Source: Opitutaceae bacterium (GTDB taxonomy: Bacteria; Verrucomicrobiota; Verrucomicrobiia; Opitutales; Coraliomargaritaceae). Taken from it: a stretch of 61,466 nt of DNA. Under the pieces are notes generated by a model. That model searched no databases and was not told the origin of the DNA. It was given only the letters and a program-made list of their open reading frames with translations. The stretch is taken from assembly GCA_051252375.1 (NCBI GenBank), contig JBPOFY010000014.1, positions 1 through 61,466 on the forward strand, written 5' to 3'. Below are positions 21,048 through 31,461 of the stretch, one piece after another. The position numbers and the translations under genes are program-made. The first letter of the stretch is position 1; the number at the start of each line of letters is the position of its first letter.

Positions 21048-21956
21048 TTAACTGAGACGTGTGCGTATCTTCCGCAGTAGCCACTGCATGCGCACCCTGA
21101 ATGACTTGCTGTGGATGCCGTCCTCGAACCAACGGTCGATAGATGGATCGACTTCCATCGAGCTTGGGTGTTGCAGCGGAAACGGCTGGCTTTCCGCAGC
21201 TACCTCCATACCGGCAAAATGCGCGGTCTGCGTCGCTTCCTCGTTAAAGCCGATATTTTGTGTGAGATTTCGTTTGGATATGACAACGCGCCCCTTCAGC
21301 TTCCAGATCGTCAGTAAATAGCGATAAGCCCAACTATCTCGCCGACCGTCGGCCACGCGGCGAAATATCATATCCCAGTAAAGCGCCGCACGCGGATTTT
21401 TCAGCACGTGGTGACGAACTCCCTTCCACAGCTTCTTATCCCTCCAAGCTGTAATATCAGGATCAAATTGATCCCACGCCCGCTTCCAGGTCGCCCATCC
21501 CCAACACTCGAAGTAATTGGAGAATCCAAAGTCGGCTTTTATGTCTAGAGCGGTGGGCTTACGATGATGCCCCGAAATAGCAAACACCTCATTCGAATCC
21601 CGAAAACGCTCCAATAGTTCCGCGCAAAAAGGGAAAAAACTGGGATCGGGCAAAATGTCGTCTTCCAGAATAATGCCCTCTCCGCATTCATCTAGAAACC
21701 AACTGATCCCGCTGGATACGCTTTTAAAGCAACCATGATTCGTCTCGCGGTAGAGTTTTCGCACCTCGCAAGTCCAAGGCAAATTATCGAGTAGAGCACG
21801 CACCTGTGAAACTTTTTTCTCCTCGCCGTCCTTATGGGCGCGTGGCCCATCGCAGAGCAGCCACACTCGTGTAGGTGCCACTGGCTTCAAAGCCTCTATT
21901 TGTCGGCGCGTGCTCTCGGGTCGATTGAAATGTATTAGTAGAACGGGTGTATCCAT
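21048..21956 (-). CDS. GT-A fold glycosyltransferase (HlpA-like)
   Basis: FNRP, DGPR, IILEDD, WGWATW motifs. Confidence 0.85.
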   Translation of the reverse strand: MDTPVLLIHFNRPESTRRQIEALKPVAPTRVWLLCDGPRAHKDGEEKKVSQVRALLDNLPWTCEVRKLYRETNHGCFKSVSSGISWFLDECGEGIILEDDILPDPSFFPFCAELLERFRDSNEVFAISGHHRKPTALDIKADFGFSNYFECWGWATWKRAWDQFDPDITAWRDKKLWKGVRHHVLKNPRAALYWDMIFRRVADGRRDSWAYRYLLTIWKLKGRVVISKRNLTQNIGFNEEATQTAHFAGMEVAAESQPFPLQHPSSMEVDPSIDRWFEDGIHSKSFRVRMQWLLRKIRTRLS

Positions 21957-21966
21957 AACCGAAGGA

Positions 21967-23151
21967 CTAGTCGTGCCCAGCTCCCACAGCCGAGTTCAAG
22001 CCGGATTTGCTCGCTCGGAACTCTGAGCTAATCGCATCGGCGATGTCTTGCAGGATTGTGTCGATCTCCTTCCCATCACAAGCAATACAAACATCGTCCT
22101 TGGTGAGCGTGGCGTCCAGTCCACAAAAATCCAGCGTAAGCAACTTCATACCATGCAGTTTGGCCTCAACAGGCGCGTAGCCGCTTTCTCCATGTAGAGT
22201 GGGAAATGCAAACAGATCGTGAGAGAAATACCAAAATGACAAATCCGGACGGGGCACCTCGGACGGATCCACGAAGCTAACATTCAATCCGTGCTCTGAG
22301 ATATACTGGTCATAATACTCGCGGGCTGGCCCATTGCCCATCACTACGAATTCGTAGCGAACATCCTCGGGCAACTTCGTTAAAGCCTGCAGGATGACCA
22401 TGACGCCCTTCCATTCAAGCAGCTTACCTATGTGGAAAATTTTTAAAATCTCAGGATCTTTTGAACACTTCTCGCGCGCTTCCTGCATTTTAAAATCTTC
22501 TGCACGCACTGACAGGAAGTCCGGCTTCACAATGCACTTTGCTTGCAGAAACTTAGGCATCACACGCTTAGTCGAAATGTTGCCGACGTGCAGCTTACTG
22601 GCCTTGCAGAGCGTCAGCAGCACAAACGGATCGAAAAACGCAGCACGTTGACCGAACAAGCGCAAAAGTTCACGTCGCCTAGCCGCCGGAGAAAACAGCG
22701 CCCTAAACTTGAGCGGAAAGCCACCACCCCCGCTCAGCGGATCGAGCTGCAAGTCTTTTGAAAAATACCAGAGAAACGAGGGCCACCGATACGAACCATA
22801 GGTGCTCTTGATCGCCAGATCGAAGTATTCGCGCTTATAACGTTTGAGCATGTGCGCGAAGAGTCGAAACTCCCAAAAATAGGCCGCCACTTGATATCCG
22901 GCACCTGGGATCGATTTCAACCAACGATCCACCTTTTCGGAATAGTCGACCCGGTGCACAGTCACATTGTCCAATCCATTACGAGCGACTTGCTCGACGA
23001 TGCCCGGATTCACAATACCCGTCGTAAACAGATCGATCGATTCGAACTTAGCCGCAAGTTCCTTGAGGCATTTCCAGCCCAATTCATGCTCACTGCCGCG
23101 GTTTTCCGAACAGGCAAATGCGGATATAGCGACTTTCATATTCGCTTGCAC
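21967..23151 (-). CDS. Glycosyltransferase family 4
   Basis: GSEHELGW N-terminus; GKLLEWKG; FPTLHGESG..VEA. Confidence 0.82.
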   Translation of the reverse strand: MQANMKVAISAFACSENRGSEHELGWKCLKELAAKFESIDLFTTGIVNPGIVEQVARNGLDNVTVHRVDYSEKVDRWLKSIPGAGYQVAAYFWEFRLFAHMLKRYKREYFDLAIKSTYGSYRWPSFLWYFSKDLQLDPLSGGGGFPLKFRALFSPAARRRELLRLFGQRAAFFDPFVLLTLCKASKLHVGNISTKRVMPKFLQAKCIVKPDFLSVRAEDFKMQEAREKCSKDPEILKIFHIGKLLEWKGVMVILQALTKLPEDVRYEFVVMGNGPAREYYDQYISEHGLNVSFVDPSEVPRPDLSFWYFSHDLFAFPTLHGESGYAPVEAKLHGMKLLTLDFCGLDATLTKDDVCIACDGKEIDTILQDIADAISSEFRASKSGLNSAVGAGHD

Positions 23152-23188
23152 CCCTCCCCACTGGACCCGCTCTCTTTCATATTTCGAT

Positions 23189-24463
23189 TTATTGCATACT
23201 GCGATAGGCTTGAATCAAAGGGCTCGCCTCGTCGTATTTAACATCAGCCCACTGGATCGGTTGATCTTTAGGAATATCGTTTTTCAACTCCATGCCCTTA
23301 ATCAAACCGACCGGAACGAGGTCCTCCTCTGCGGTTACGGATCGGTTCTCGCACTCTCCGTAAATATGAAACCCGCCCATTCCGTCGATGACCTGCCCTG
23401 CTTTCAAATCTGTCTTAGCGATTGTGATCACTTCTACGTAGAGTCGATCCAGTGCATCCAAGGTGCCGTCACCAAAATCAACCAAACGTGCGATCGAATT
23501 GGGTATTTCAAAAAACAACAAATGGTAAGGCACATAGAAACTATAGAGAGGTCCTTTGCCCAATTTACCGTATTCGAGGAAACGCCGGGAGATTGGATCG
23601 TCCGTCGTCGCATAAACGAAAACACCGGGTCCCGGACGGGCACCGATCGTCATCTCGACGGCACCTCCGAGCGCCCGAAGCTCATCAATATCGTAGTGCT
23701 GCGTCAGATCATCGACATGTCCAGTCGATTCGACACTGAGCATACCTCGACGCAGAACTTGCATGCCAGTGGCATTGGCAATCGATGCCTGCTCCAGTGA
23801 GACCTTCGTGCCGTCGGCAAAGCTGGTGACCATCTCAACACTTAAGCCAGCAGCTTCGGCAAAACCTTTTTGCGTTTCCGGATTACGATAGTGATCCAGC
23901 ATGCCCTTAATGTTACCACAAACTAATGGCTCAAAGCCCATCCCCTTAACCTTGCGAAAAAGATTGAGCGTCACTCCCGGCTGATCGCCGTCTGCGAGTG
24001 TATAGCGCACGCCAGCCTTGCGAGCCTGAGCCTGAAGATAGACTCCGAGCGTAGCATCAATCTCAGCATTGAAGGTGACCACACTTTTACCCGCAGCAAA
24101 GCAGGCCAGAATCGTATTGAACGAAAACTCAACGGCACCCGTCATTTCTACAATCACATCGAGCCGCTCTGACTGTATTAACGACTCGAGGTCTTCAATG
24201 ATTACAGGCACGCCAAGGGCGATAGCGTCATCGACTTGGCCACTTGTTTTAACAACCTGCGGCGAAGCATGGCCGGCAGTTGCATATGCCTTGATTGCTC
24301 TTGCAGGCGTGCGGTTGTAAATAGCCGCGACGCGCATACCGGCGACATGTCGCTCAATTTGGTTCACCAAGCCGATCGCCATTTCGCCGGCGCCAACAAC
24401 ACCCACTTGAATCGGCCGCCCCGCAGCTTCACGCTCGGCTAGTTTACTATCAATTATAATCAT
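23189..24463 (-). CDS. NAD(P)-dependent oxidoreductase with C-terminal SAF domain (homoserine dehydrogenase-like)
   Basis: VGAGEM Rossmann motif, DGDQPG, SFADGTK, AKTDLKAG..DGMGG. Confidence 0.87.
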   Translation of the reverse strand: MIIIDSKLAEREAAGRPIQVGVVGAGEMAIGLVNQIERHVAGMRVAAIYNRTPARAIKAYATAGHASPQVVKTSGQVDDAIALGVPVIIEDLESLIQSERLDVIVEMTGAVEFSFNTILACFAAGKSVVTFNAEIDATLGVYLQAQARKAGVRYTLADGDQPGVTLNLFRKVKGMGFEPLVCGNIKGMLDHYRNPETQKGFAEAAGLSVEMVTSFADGTKVSLEQASIANATGMQVLRRGMLSVESTGHVDDLTQHYDIDELRALGGAVEMTIGARPGPGVFVYATTDDPISRRFLEYGKLGKGPLYSFYVPYHLLFFEIPNSIARLVDFGDGTLDALDRLYVEVITIAKTDLKAGQVIDGMGGFHIYGECENRSVTAEEDLVPVGLIKGMELKNDIPKDQPIQWADVKYDEASPLIQAYRSMQ

Positions 24464-24495
24464 ATTTATGTAATTAAAAATACTGCATTAAACGC

Positions 24496-25026
24496 CTACA
24501 CATTCAATAAAGGCCAGTTCGCGTCTTTGTCGGAAACAACTTTCACATCGAGCGGCCAATCGATACCCAGTGCCGGGTCATTGTAGCGCAAGCCATCTTC
24601 AAACTCCGGCGTGTAGGACTCGCTCACCATATAAAGCGCCTCAGTATGGTCGACCAATGTCATAAAACCATGCGCGAATCCACGAGGCACGAAAAGCATG
24701 CGCATGTTCTCCTGTGTTAACTCGACGCCGAAGTGTTGTAAATACGTCGGCGAATCCGGACGGTTATCAACAATCACATCCCAAAAGGCACCACGCACGC
24801 AGCGTATAAGTTTCGTCTCTTCCGCGGGCGCTTGCTGAAAGTGCAAGCCACGAAGCGTTCCTGCTTGGGCATTATAGGAAACATTACTTTGGGCGACTTT
24901 AGACTCGATCCCGTGTGCCTTAAATTCTTCGGCGCAAAAGGCTCTGGCAAAATACCCGCGATCATCTCCACGAGGCTCCAAGTCAATCACCCATGCATCC
25001 TTAAGAAGTGTTGGTTCAAATATCAT
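24496..25026 (-). CDS. rfbC: NDP-4-keto-6-deoxyhexose 3,5-epimerase
   Basis: DDRGYF, LRGLHFQ, GFAHGF, VSDKD; ATG 25026 overlaps rfbG stop. Confidence 0.92.
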   Translation of the reverse strand: MIFEPTLLKDAWVIDLEPRGDDRGYFARAFCAEEFKAHGIESKVAQSNVSYNAQAGTLRGLHFQQAPAEETKLIRCVRGAFWDVIVDNRPDSPTYLQHFGVELTQENMRMLFVPRGFAHGFMTLVDHTEALYMVSESYTPEFEDGLRYNDPALGIDWPLDVKVVSDKDANWPLLNV

Positions 25027-26123
25027 ATTTTCGGGTGGTTGGTGTAGGCAGCAATCTGCTGACGTGTCGTCTCGAGTGCTAAGCTTGGGTTTTCCATCAC
25101 TGTGCGATACCACTCAACCGTATGCTCAATCGCTTGATCGAAATTCCATGCCGGCCGCCAACCCAAGAGTGAGTCAGCCTTATCGATAGTGAGGTTCAAG
25201 AGTCCGGCCTCATAGGGTTCATCTGGTCGGGTGCAATCGATCCAAGTGCCCGGCCACAGTGAGATTACTTTTTCGACCAGATCACTTACAGGGCGATTGG
25301 CTGCCGGATCAGGACCGAAATTAAAGCCGCTACAAATCTCTTCCATACGTGGCGACTCTATCGCTTCGGCCAAGCAACACGCCAAGCTCAAATAGCCTCC
25401 GACGGGCTCCAGCACATGCTGCCAGGGGCGGGTCGCGCGCGCATTACGCACATTGATCGGCTCCCCCTTCGCCAGAGCCTTCATGCAGTCCGGCACGATA
25501 CGGTCGAGTGCCCAATCGCCGCCACCGATCACATTGCCCGCACGGGTGGAGGCGATTCTGACATAATGGGCTTCACCATATTCAGCAGGTTTGAAAAAAG
25601 AGTTACGGTAGGAGGCAATCACCAGTTCTGCGGCACCCTTACTTGCGCTGTAAGGGTCGTGCCCCCCCATGGGGTCGCTCTCGCAGTAAGGCTCAAAGCG
25701 CTCTTTGTTTTCATAGCACTTATCGGTGGTGACCATCACCACCTCACATGGTTTCTTCAAGTGTCGTATGGCGTCCATCAAGTGTATCGAACCCATGATA
25801 TTAGTCGCGAAAGTCTCGACCGGAAAATTATATGAATAGCGCACCAGCGGTTGCGCGGCGAGGTGGAACACTACATCCGGTCGAACAGCCAAGACGCAGT
25901 CACGGAGCACAGCGGCATCATTGATATCGACAATATGGTGCCCCAGTCGACCTTCCAAGCCAAGTTGCTCAAACAAAGAAGGCTCAGTATTCGGCTCCAG
26001 GCTCACGCCCACTACATCTGCCCCCAACTCTAGCAACCACTCAGCCATCCAAGCTCCCTTGAATCCCGTATGACCGGTTAAAAGGACGCGCTTACCTTGA
26101 TAGAAGTTATTAAATGCTGCCAT
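25023..26123 (-). CDS. rfbG: CDP-glucose 4,6-dehydratase
   Basis: TGHTGFKG, HLAAQPLV, DKCY, YSASK, RAGNVIGGGD, RPWQHVLEP. Confidence 0.96.
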   Translation of the reverse strand: MAAFNNFYQGKRVLLTGHTGFKGAWMAEWLLELGADVVGVSLEPNTEPSLFEQLGLEGRLGHHIVDINDAAVLRDCVLAVRPDVVFHLAAQPLVRYSYNFPVETFATNIMGSIHLMDAIRHLKKPCEVVMVTTDKCYENKERFEPYCESDPMGGHDPYSASKGAAELVIASYRNSFFKPAEYGEAHYVRIASTRAGNVIGGGDWALDRIVPDCMKALAKGEPINVRNARATRPWQHVLEPVGGYLSLACCLAEAIESPRMEEICSGFNFGPDPAANRPVSDLVEKVISLWPGTWIDCTRPDEPYEAGLLNLTIDKADSLLGWRPAWNFDQAIEHTVEWYRTVMENPSLALETTRQQIAAYTNHPKI

Positions 26124-26135
26124 GACCTTGAGTGG

Positions 26136-26918
26136 CTAATCAGCCCAAACCTTCCAAGGGGCTTTACCGGATTCCCAAAGCTCCTCTAACACCATTCTAT
26201 CACGCAAGGTATCCATCGGTTGCCAGAAGCCGGAATGACGATACGCCGACATTTGCCCTTCTTCGGAGAGTCGTTGCAACGGTTCTTTTTCCCACGGCAT
26301 ATCGTCGGAAGCGATGTAATCGAGCACCTTCGGTTCCAGCACGAAGAAACCACCATTGATCCATGCACCATCGCCTTCAGGTTTCTCGACAAACTTTGGC
26401 ACTCTTTTTTCATCGTGTCCGAGTGAAAATGCACCGAAACGCCCGGGCGGTTTAATGGCAGTCATGGTTCCAAGCGCGCCTTCTTCTTTATGAAAACGTA
26501 TCAAGTCGATGATATTAACATCAGAAACACCATCACCATAGGTCATGCAAAAAGGCTCACTGGGATCGAGGTATTCACGGACGCCGCGGAGGCGCCCACC
26601 CGTCATGCTCTCCAGTCCGGTATCCACACAGGTGACCTTCCACGGTTCCACATTCTTTTGGTGCACTTCCATGCTGTTATTGGCGATGTCGAAAGTAACA
26701 TCCGCACAGTCGATAAACATATTCGCGAAGAAGTGCTTAATCATATGCCCCTTATAGCCGCAGGCTATGATGAAATCATTGATCCCATAGTGGGAATAAA
26801 TTTTCAAAATATGCCATAAGATGGGCTTTGACCCAATTTCGACCATCGGTTTAGGACGAACAGTACTTTCCTCGCTAAGACGAGTACCATAGCCGCCAGC
26901 TAGTAATACAGCTTTCAT
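26136..26918 (-). CDS. rfbF: Glucose-1-phosphate cytidylyltransferase
   Basis: [35 protein letters not shown]. Confidence 0.96.
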   Translation of the reverse strand: MKAVLLAGGYGTRLSEESTVRPKPMVEIGSKPILWHILKIYSHYGINDFIIACGYKGHMIKHFFANMFIDCADVTFDIANNSMEVHQKNVEPWKVTCVDTGLESMTGGRLRGVREYLDPSEPFCMTYGDGVSDVNIIDLIRFHKEEGALGTMTAIKPPGRFGAFSLGHDEKRVPKFVEKPEGDGAWINGGFFVLEPKVLDYIASDDMPWEKEPLQRLSEEGQMSAYRHSGFWQPMDTLRDRMVLEELWESGKAPWKVWAD

Positions 26919-27001
26919 AACAATTTACGGTTTTAGAATAATGTATTTCCCCCGTTAGTCGAGAAAATCATTAGCAAATTCTTTACATAATTCAGACTAA
27001 A

Positions 27002-28219
27002 CTAACTTTCTTCAGAGTTGGCATGGGATAATTCCGCGAACATCACCGAGCTATATGTAAGTAAGATCCAGAAAATGGAATTTCGAACCATGTAGGTGCT
27101 TTCAGTCATTCCAAGTGCGAGTATGTAGACACTCGAACAGAGCAAAATTAGCGCTAAATCGTTGCGCTGCCCAAAGGCGATTTGCGAACCACGAATCAAC
27201 ATGCTCACAACCGTAACGCAAAAAACTACCACGCCTAGGAGGCCTAGGTGCAACGCTATCTCCATCAAACCATTATGTGCGCTCTCCGTTGTCCAACCCG
27301 CATTATCGAGAACACCAGCAGCTAAGATCGGTTCCCCGCCCCAAAAGCCAGAATAGCCATAGCCCAAAAATGGTTTCTTGAATACGGCCGCCCACAGTCC
27401 ATCCCACAAATCGACACGCCCCGTCAGGTCTGTCGAACGACCGAGCAGTCCGAATATCAATTGTATGAGGGCGTCTTGGTAAAGATAGAGAATGCCTCCG
27501 ATGCAAAGCGCAAACCAGACACCCAGCGCAACTTGCCCGGAGCCAACCGGGTGTCCGACTAGCTTGTAAAGAAAGAAGATCGAGAGCGCAAACGTGACGG
27601 CGAGTATCGATGTCATTGAATTACATGCCACCAACAATACAGCGGCCATCCCCACCATCGGAAGTGCCCAAACCTTGGAGGATCGGTTCGACAGCATTAG
27701 CATCACGGCTAGGATAAAACCAAGTCCGGCGACTCTCCCCAAAACGTTCGGCTGGGTAAAGATTCCTTGATAGCGCAGCGCTGGGCTCAAGTAGCCGGAG
27801 ATATTGGGAAGCATCAAAAAAAAGTTAATCCCGACCAGTAGCAGCAGCGCAGCCGTGATTAACTTTACCGCTTGGGCAGCAGGCATCCGATTGGCAATCA
27901 GATAGGCGAAAAGAGTCGTTCCAAAAATCGCCACCGAGTAAGAAACGGTCGTCGGCACATCGCTGGACCAAGCAACTGAGATCACGCATAGACATCCTAA
28001 TAGTAAGAACCCAGGTGCTCGTTGAACCTGCAACAAGAAGGTGCGGCTATACAAAAACAATAACCCAGCGGTGCAGATGTAAATTACAAGCCATAGGCTC
28101 TTCGAGAGCATCGACGAATCCACCTCCCCGATGAGGAGGATCACCCCCCCACTAAATAGAAAGCTCACAAAAACAAACAGGCAACTGAGCAATATGCCTA
28201 ATGGTCGAATCTCTCTCAT
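27002..28219 (-). CDS. Wzy-type polymerase / O-antigen ligase family (ExoQ-like)
   Basis: Multi-TM; LTGR..LW, PFLGYGY, SAHNG. Confidence 0.85.
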   Translation of the reverse strand: MREIRPLGILLSCLFVFVSFLFSGGVILLIGEVDSSMLSKSLWLVIYICTAGLLFLYSRTFLLQVQRAPGFLLLGCLCVISVAWSSDVPTTVSYSVAIFGTTLFAYLIANRMPAAQAVKLITAALLLLVGINFFLMLPNISGYLSPALRYQGIFTQPNVLGRVAGLGFILAVMLMLSNRSSKVWALPMVGMAAVLLVACNSMTSILAVTFALSIFFLYKLVGHPVGSGQVALGVWFALCIGGILYLYQDALIQLIFGLLGRSTDLTGRVDLWDGLWAAVFKKPFLGYGYSGFWGGEPILAAGVLDNAGWTTESAHNGLMEIALHLGLLGVVVFCVTVVSMLIRGSQIAFGQRNDLALILLCSSVYILALGMTESTYMVRNSIFWILLTYSSVMFAELSHANSEES

Positions 28220-28221
28220 GA

Positions 28222-29175
28222 TTAACTCACGTGTCGTTGTTTATACTCTTCCACTTCGTAGCCGAAACTCCCCAGCATCATACCGACACCGAGGTGATAT
28301 CGCTGTATTGCTTTCAAACATGCAACCTCGCCGCGGAATAGGCTGCCCAATCGCTGAAGCAGGGAGATACAGACATGCGCCAAGCCTTGCAGCACCCAAC
28401 GTATATTGTAAAAGGGCACCCGTTTGCCTAGGACGGCATCATATTGAGGCATATTCGCTCCCTCACGTCTGGCGCGGCGAGACAACCACGCGGGCGTAAT
28501 ACGATCCAGAGGGATATCCTCATAAACCACGGCCTCATCGCACCAGTAAATAGAGGATCCGGCAGCTCTCTTAAGTTGAAGAAAGAAAAGAGTATCCTCC
28601 CCACCTGTGAGCGCGAAGCGAGCATCGAAGCGCACTCCCGAAGTCAGCACCAGTTCAGAAAGCAAGATAACATTATTCGATGCGCCATAGGTCATGACGG
28701 TGCCCGTAGGGAACCTTTCTCGCAGATAAAACGCACCTTCACTCGCCCACCGGGGAGCCTCTTGCGGAAAGACCGGCAAGACAGGGCCGCGAACAATTTT
28801 TGCCTCGAAGGCGACGACCGTTTGCAGGAGATGATCCAACCAGCGGGGATCCGGATACTCATCGTCATCCAGAAACGCAAAATACTCTCCCAATGGAGCC
28901 GCGAGTGCGAGCGCAGCATTACGCGCATACGAAATGCCAGCCTGTGGCTCATGCCCATAGACGATCTCTAAACCATCTTTACGATGTGCTTCAACAATTT
29001 CTTCAGCTTGCAATTTCTCGCCATTTTCAACGACAACCACAGAGATCGTAGTATCCGGAAAATTCGGCAATTGCAGAGCCGACAAAGCAGAGAGCAGTTT
29101 ATTCAAGCCCTCCTTACGCTTACAAGTAATAATGGCAATGACCACTGATGAAATGTTGCTCTGTGAATGCGCCAT
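28222..29175 (-). CDS. Glycosyltransferase family 2 (ExoM-like)
   Basis: GISYARN, FLDDDE, GGEDT; ATG 29175 chosen. Confidence 0.88.
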   Translation of the reverse strand: MAHSQSNISSVVIAIITCKRKEGLNKLLSALSALQLPNFPDTTISVVVVENGEKLQAEEIVEAHRKDGLEIVYGHEPQAGISYARNAALALAAPLGEYFAFLDDDEYPDPRWLDHLLQTVVAFEAKIVRGPVLPVFPQEAPRWASEGAFYLRERFPTGTVMTYGASNNVILLSELVLTSGVRFDARFALTGGEDTLFFLQLKRAAGSSIYWCDEAVVYEDIPLDRITPAWLSRRARREGANMPQYDAVLGKRVPFYNIRWVLQGLAHVCISLLQRLGSLFRGEVACLKAIQRYHLGVGMMLGSFGYEVEEYKQRHVS

Positions 29176-29182
29176 AACCGAT

Positions 29183-30136
29183 TTACTTGATGAATTTGTG
29201 TTTGAGTGCAAAGGCGACACGCCAGCCAAACAGCGCTTTGAGTTTTTTAAACTTTTCACCACCCAGGGGGATGCTCGTGGGCGGCAATCCCAATGTCTCA
29301 ATCTCTGACCAGACTTGTTGCATCAGCTCACGATCTGAGCTATCCATACGGTAGAGTATCCGTAAATAAAGCGCAGAGATCAGTGCATGCCGATCAGCAT
29401 CGTCGTCGGCATGTGCCAGCATTCGATCGCGAATCAAACTGGCCGCACGTATGAGCGACTCGGTGTATTCCCTCCCCTTCACACGGCTAATGCTACTATC
29501 AGCCCCAGATCGATAATAAGATGTCGACGCGGGCACCCACTTAACAGCTTCCGCATTTTCCAGAATACGCGAGAAATACTCGCCATCTTGATTCTGCTTC
29601 AGTTGCTCATCCCAAGGCCCTATTTTTTCGGCGACAGCACGTGGAACCAACCAACAGTGTGGCGGCAAATAAAAGCCCTCAGCCATCGAGTAGAAAAGCC
29701 AATCCATTGCGCAGTCAAAATCACGCCCCTGACTAAAGCCAACCTGTGTTGAGCCCAAATCCGTATCAAAGAACTCCCACCACGGACCATATGCGACACT
29801 CCCTTCGGCGGCACTAGCCAATGCCTGTAATTGCAGTTCGATTTTATTAGGCTCCATGGTGTCGTCTGCATCCATAAACTGGATGAACTCCCCCTTCGCA
29901 TGGCGCAGACCCAAATTACGTGCACGACACGCCCCCCCATTCGGCTGAGACATCAGCTGCACTCGTTTATCCGCATAGTCCTCGACGATCTTTGCGGTAT
30001 CATCCTCGGATCCATCGTCGATTACGATTATTTGCAGCGATGCCCAAGTCTGTGTGCAGCACGCATCGAGCGTCTCCCGAATAGTAGATTCCGAATTGTA
30101 AGCAGGAATAATTATGGTAACGAGCGGTTTCATCAC
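29183..30136 (-). CDS. Glycosyltransferase family 2
   Basis: IIIPAYN, IDDGSED, ARN.G, FMDADD. Confidence 0.92.
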   Translation of the reverse strand: MMKPLVTIIIPAYNSESTIRETLDACCTQTWASLQIIVIDDGSEDDTAKIVEDYADKRVQLMSQPNGGACRARNLGLRHAKGEFIQFMDADDTMEPNKIELQLQALASAAEGSVAYGPWWEFFDTDLGSTQVGFSQGRDFDCAMDWLFYSMAEGFYLPPHCWLVPRAVAEKIGPWDEQLKQNQDGEYFSRILENAEAVKWVPASTSYYRSGADSSISRVKGREYTESLIRAASLIRDRMLAHADDDADRHALISALYLRILYRMDSSDRELMQQVWSEIETLGLPPTSIPLGGEKFKKLKALFGWRVAFALKHKFIK

Positions 30137-30138
30137 AC

Positions 30139-31461
30139 TTATTGAGCCAAGGCAGAAATTTCGTCTACCGGCTTGCGGTAGAGTTGATGCATCACAAGCG
30201 CGAGAAGCACTATAGAGCTGATTATCGAGCTTACCGTGATTGCTGCGACCGTGCTATAGGCGTCATAGTAAGCGGCAACAAAAACCACCACCCCGAGCCT
30301 TAGGACAGTGGATACGATCTCAAAAATAAGGAAAAATACATTCCACCCAATGATCGGAATCACTACCTGTGCAGGCAGACTCCCGAAAGTGAAAACACTT
30401 GAAGCAAAAACCCATTTGGCATAATGACCCGACACAGCCCACTCCTGTCCAAACACCCAAACAAACAAGATCTCGCCGAAGAAGCATATGAATGCAGCTG
30501 CTGGCAGCATGAAAACGAAGATCAGCCCCGTCACCTGCAGGCATAGCTTAAAGAGCGAATTTCCTGCTCGAACCGCATCGATTGCCTTCATATAAAAAAC
30601 TTTTCTAAGCGCGTTATTCAGCAGCGCCACGGGCAAGATCAATGCCCGCCACGCCAGCAGATAGAGCCCCGCAGCTGCGGGGCTAAAGAACGATGCCATG
30701 ATCACCGCCGGCAGCTGTCGGGTGAATGAATTAAGCGTATCCTGCGGCATTCGATACATAGGGAATTCACGGTATGCCTTGGCTTGCTGCCATGGTAAAC
30801 CTGCCTCAGTTTTATGCTTCCAAATCCGGCTTGGTGTGAGGAAAAAAATCAAAATCAAATTCGACCAGCGCTGCAATACGGTGCCAATAAGTAAACCACC
30901 GGGTGAGAATGCGAGCAGTCCTGCAACGGCTTTAAACAGGTTGCCGATCACAGCAGAACCGGCAGAACCGTAAGCGATTGCTTTAAAATGCTTCTCGCGC
31001 ATCACCCAGTAGCTGCCCAACGATTGCCAGCCGATCCCGAGCCCCATCAGCGCCATCAGAGGAAGATAAACTGCAAGTTCAGGCGCACCCAATAAATCGG
31101 TTAAATTTGACCGGAATGGGTAGCTCGCAAGCACAAACACACCGCAAAGCACGATCGAGAAAACCAACGCAAACTTAAGTAGCGGCCATGCATCCGTATC
31201 CTTCTTCGGCAGAACCAAAGCGAGATCGTAGCGCAAAGTAGACGTGCGCCCAAGCACTTCAGTGATTGCGACGAAGACCCCTAAAACTCCGAATGCTGCG
31301 GGCCCGTAGAGGCGCGTCATAAGCGGCATCATCGCCAAGCCCAAAGCTTGCGCAAAGACTTCCCCGGAGAACAATTGCGATAACTGACCGATAAATACGC
31401 TCTGCCGCATCTGTCGCCAGAGACGGCCGACTCCAGCCCCCGCGCTGGATTCATAGCTCAT
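30139..31461 (-). CDS. Wzx-type oligosaccharide flippase
   Basis: Multi-TM; TRLYGP..FG, LRYDLA; cluster context. Confidence 0.87.
   Translation of the reverse strand: MSYESSAGAGVGRLWRQMRQSVFIGQLSQLFSGEVFAQALGLAMMPLMTRLYGPAAFGVLGVFVAITEVLGRTSTLRYDLALVLPKKDTDAWPLLKFALVFSIVLCGVFVLASYPFRSNLTDLLGAPELAVYLPLMALMGLGIGWQSLGSYWVMREKHFKAIAYGSAGSAVIGNLFKAVAGLLAFSPGGLLIGTVLQRWSNLILIFFLTPSRIWKHKTEAGLPWQQAKAYREFPMYRMPQDTLNSFTRQLPAVIMASFFSPAAAGLYLLAWRALILPVALLNNALRKVFYMKAIDAVRAGNSLFKLCLQVTGLIFVFMLPAAAFICFFGEILFVWVFGQEWAVSGHYAKWVFASSVFTFGSLPAQVVIPIIGWNVFFLIFEIVSTVLRLGVVVFVAAYYDAYSTVAAITVSSIISSIVLLALVMHQLYRKPVDEISALAQ

Noticed and set aside
22967..23800. 277-aa plus-strand ORF and other long antisense ORFs (e.g. 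53339-54085, 2850-3431)
   Set aside because: Shadow frames opposite well-supported genes, with no recognisable motifs.
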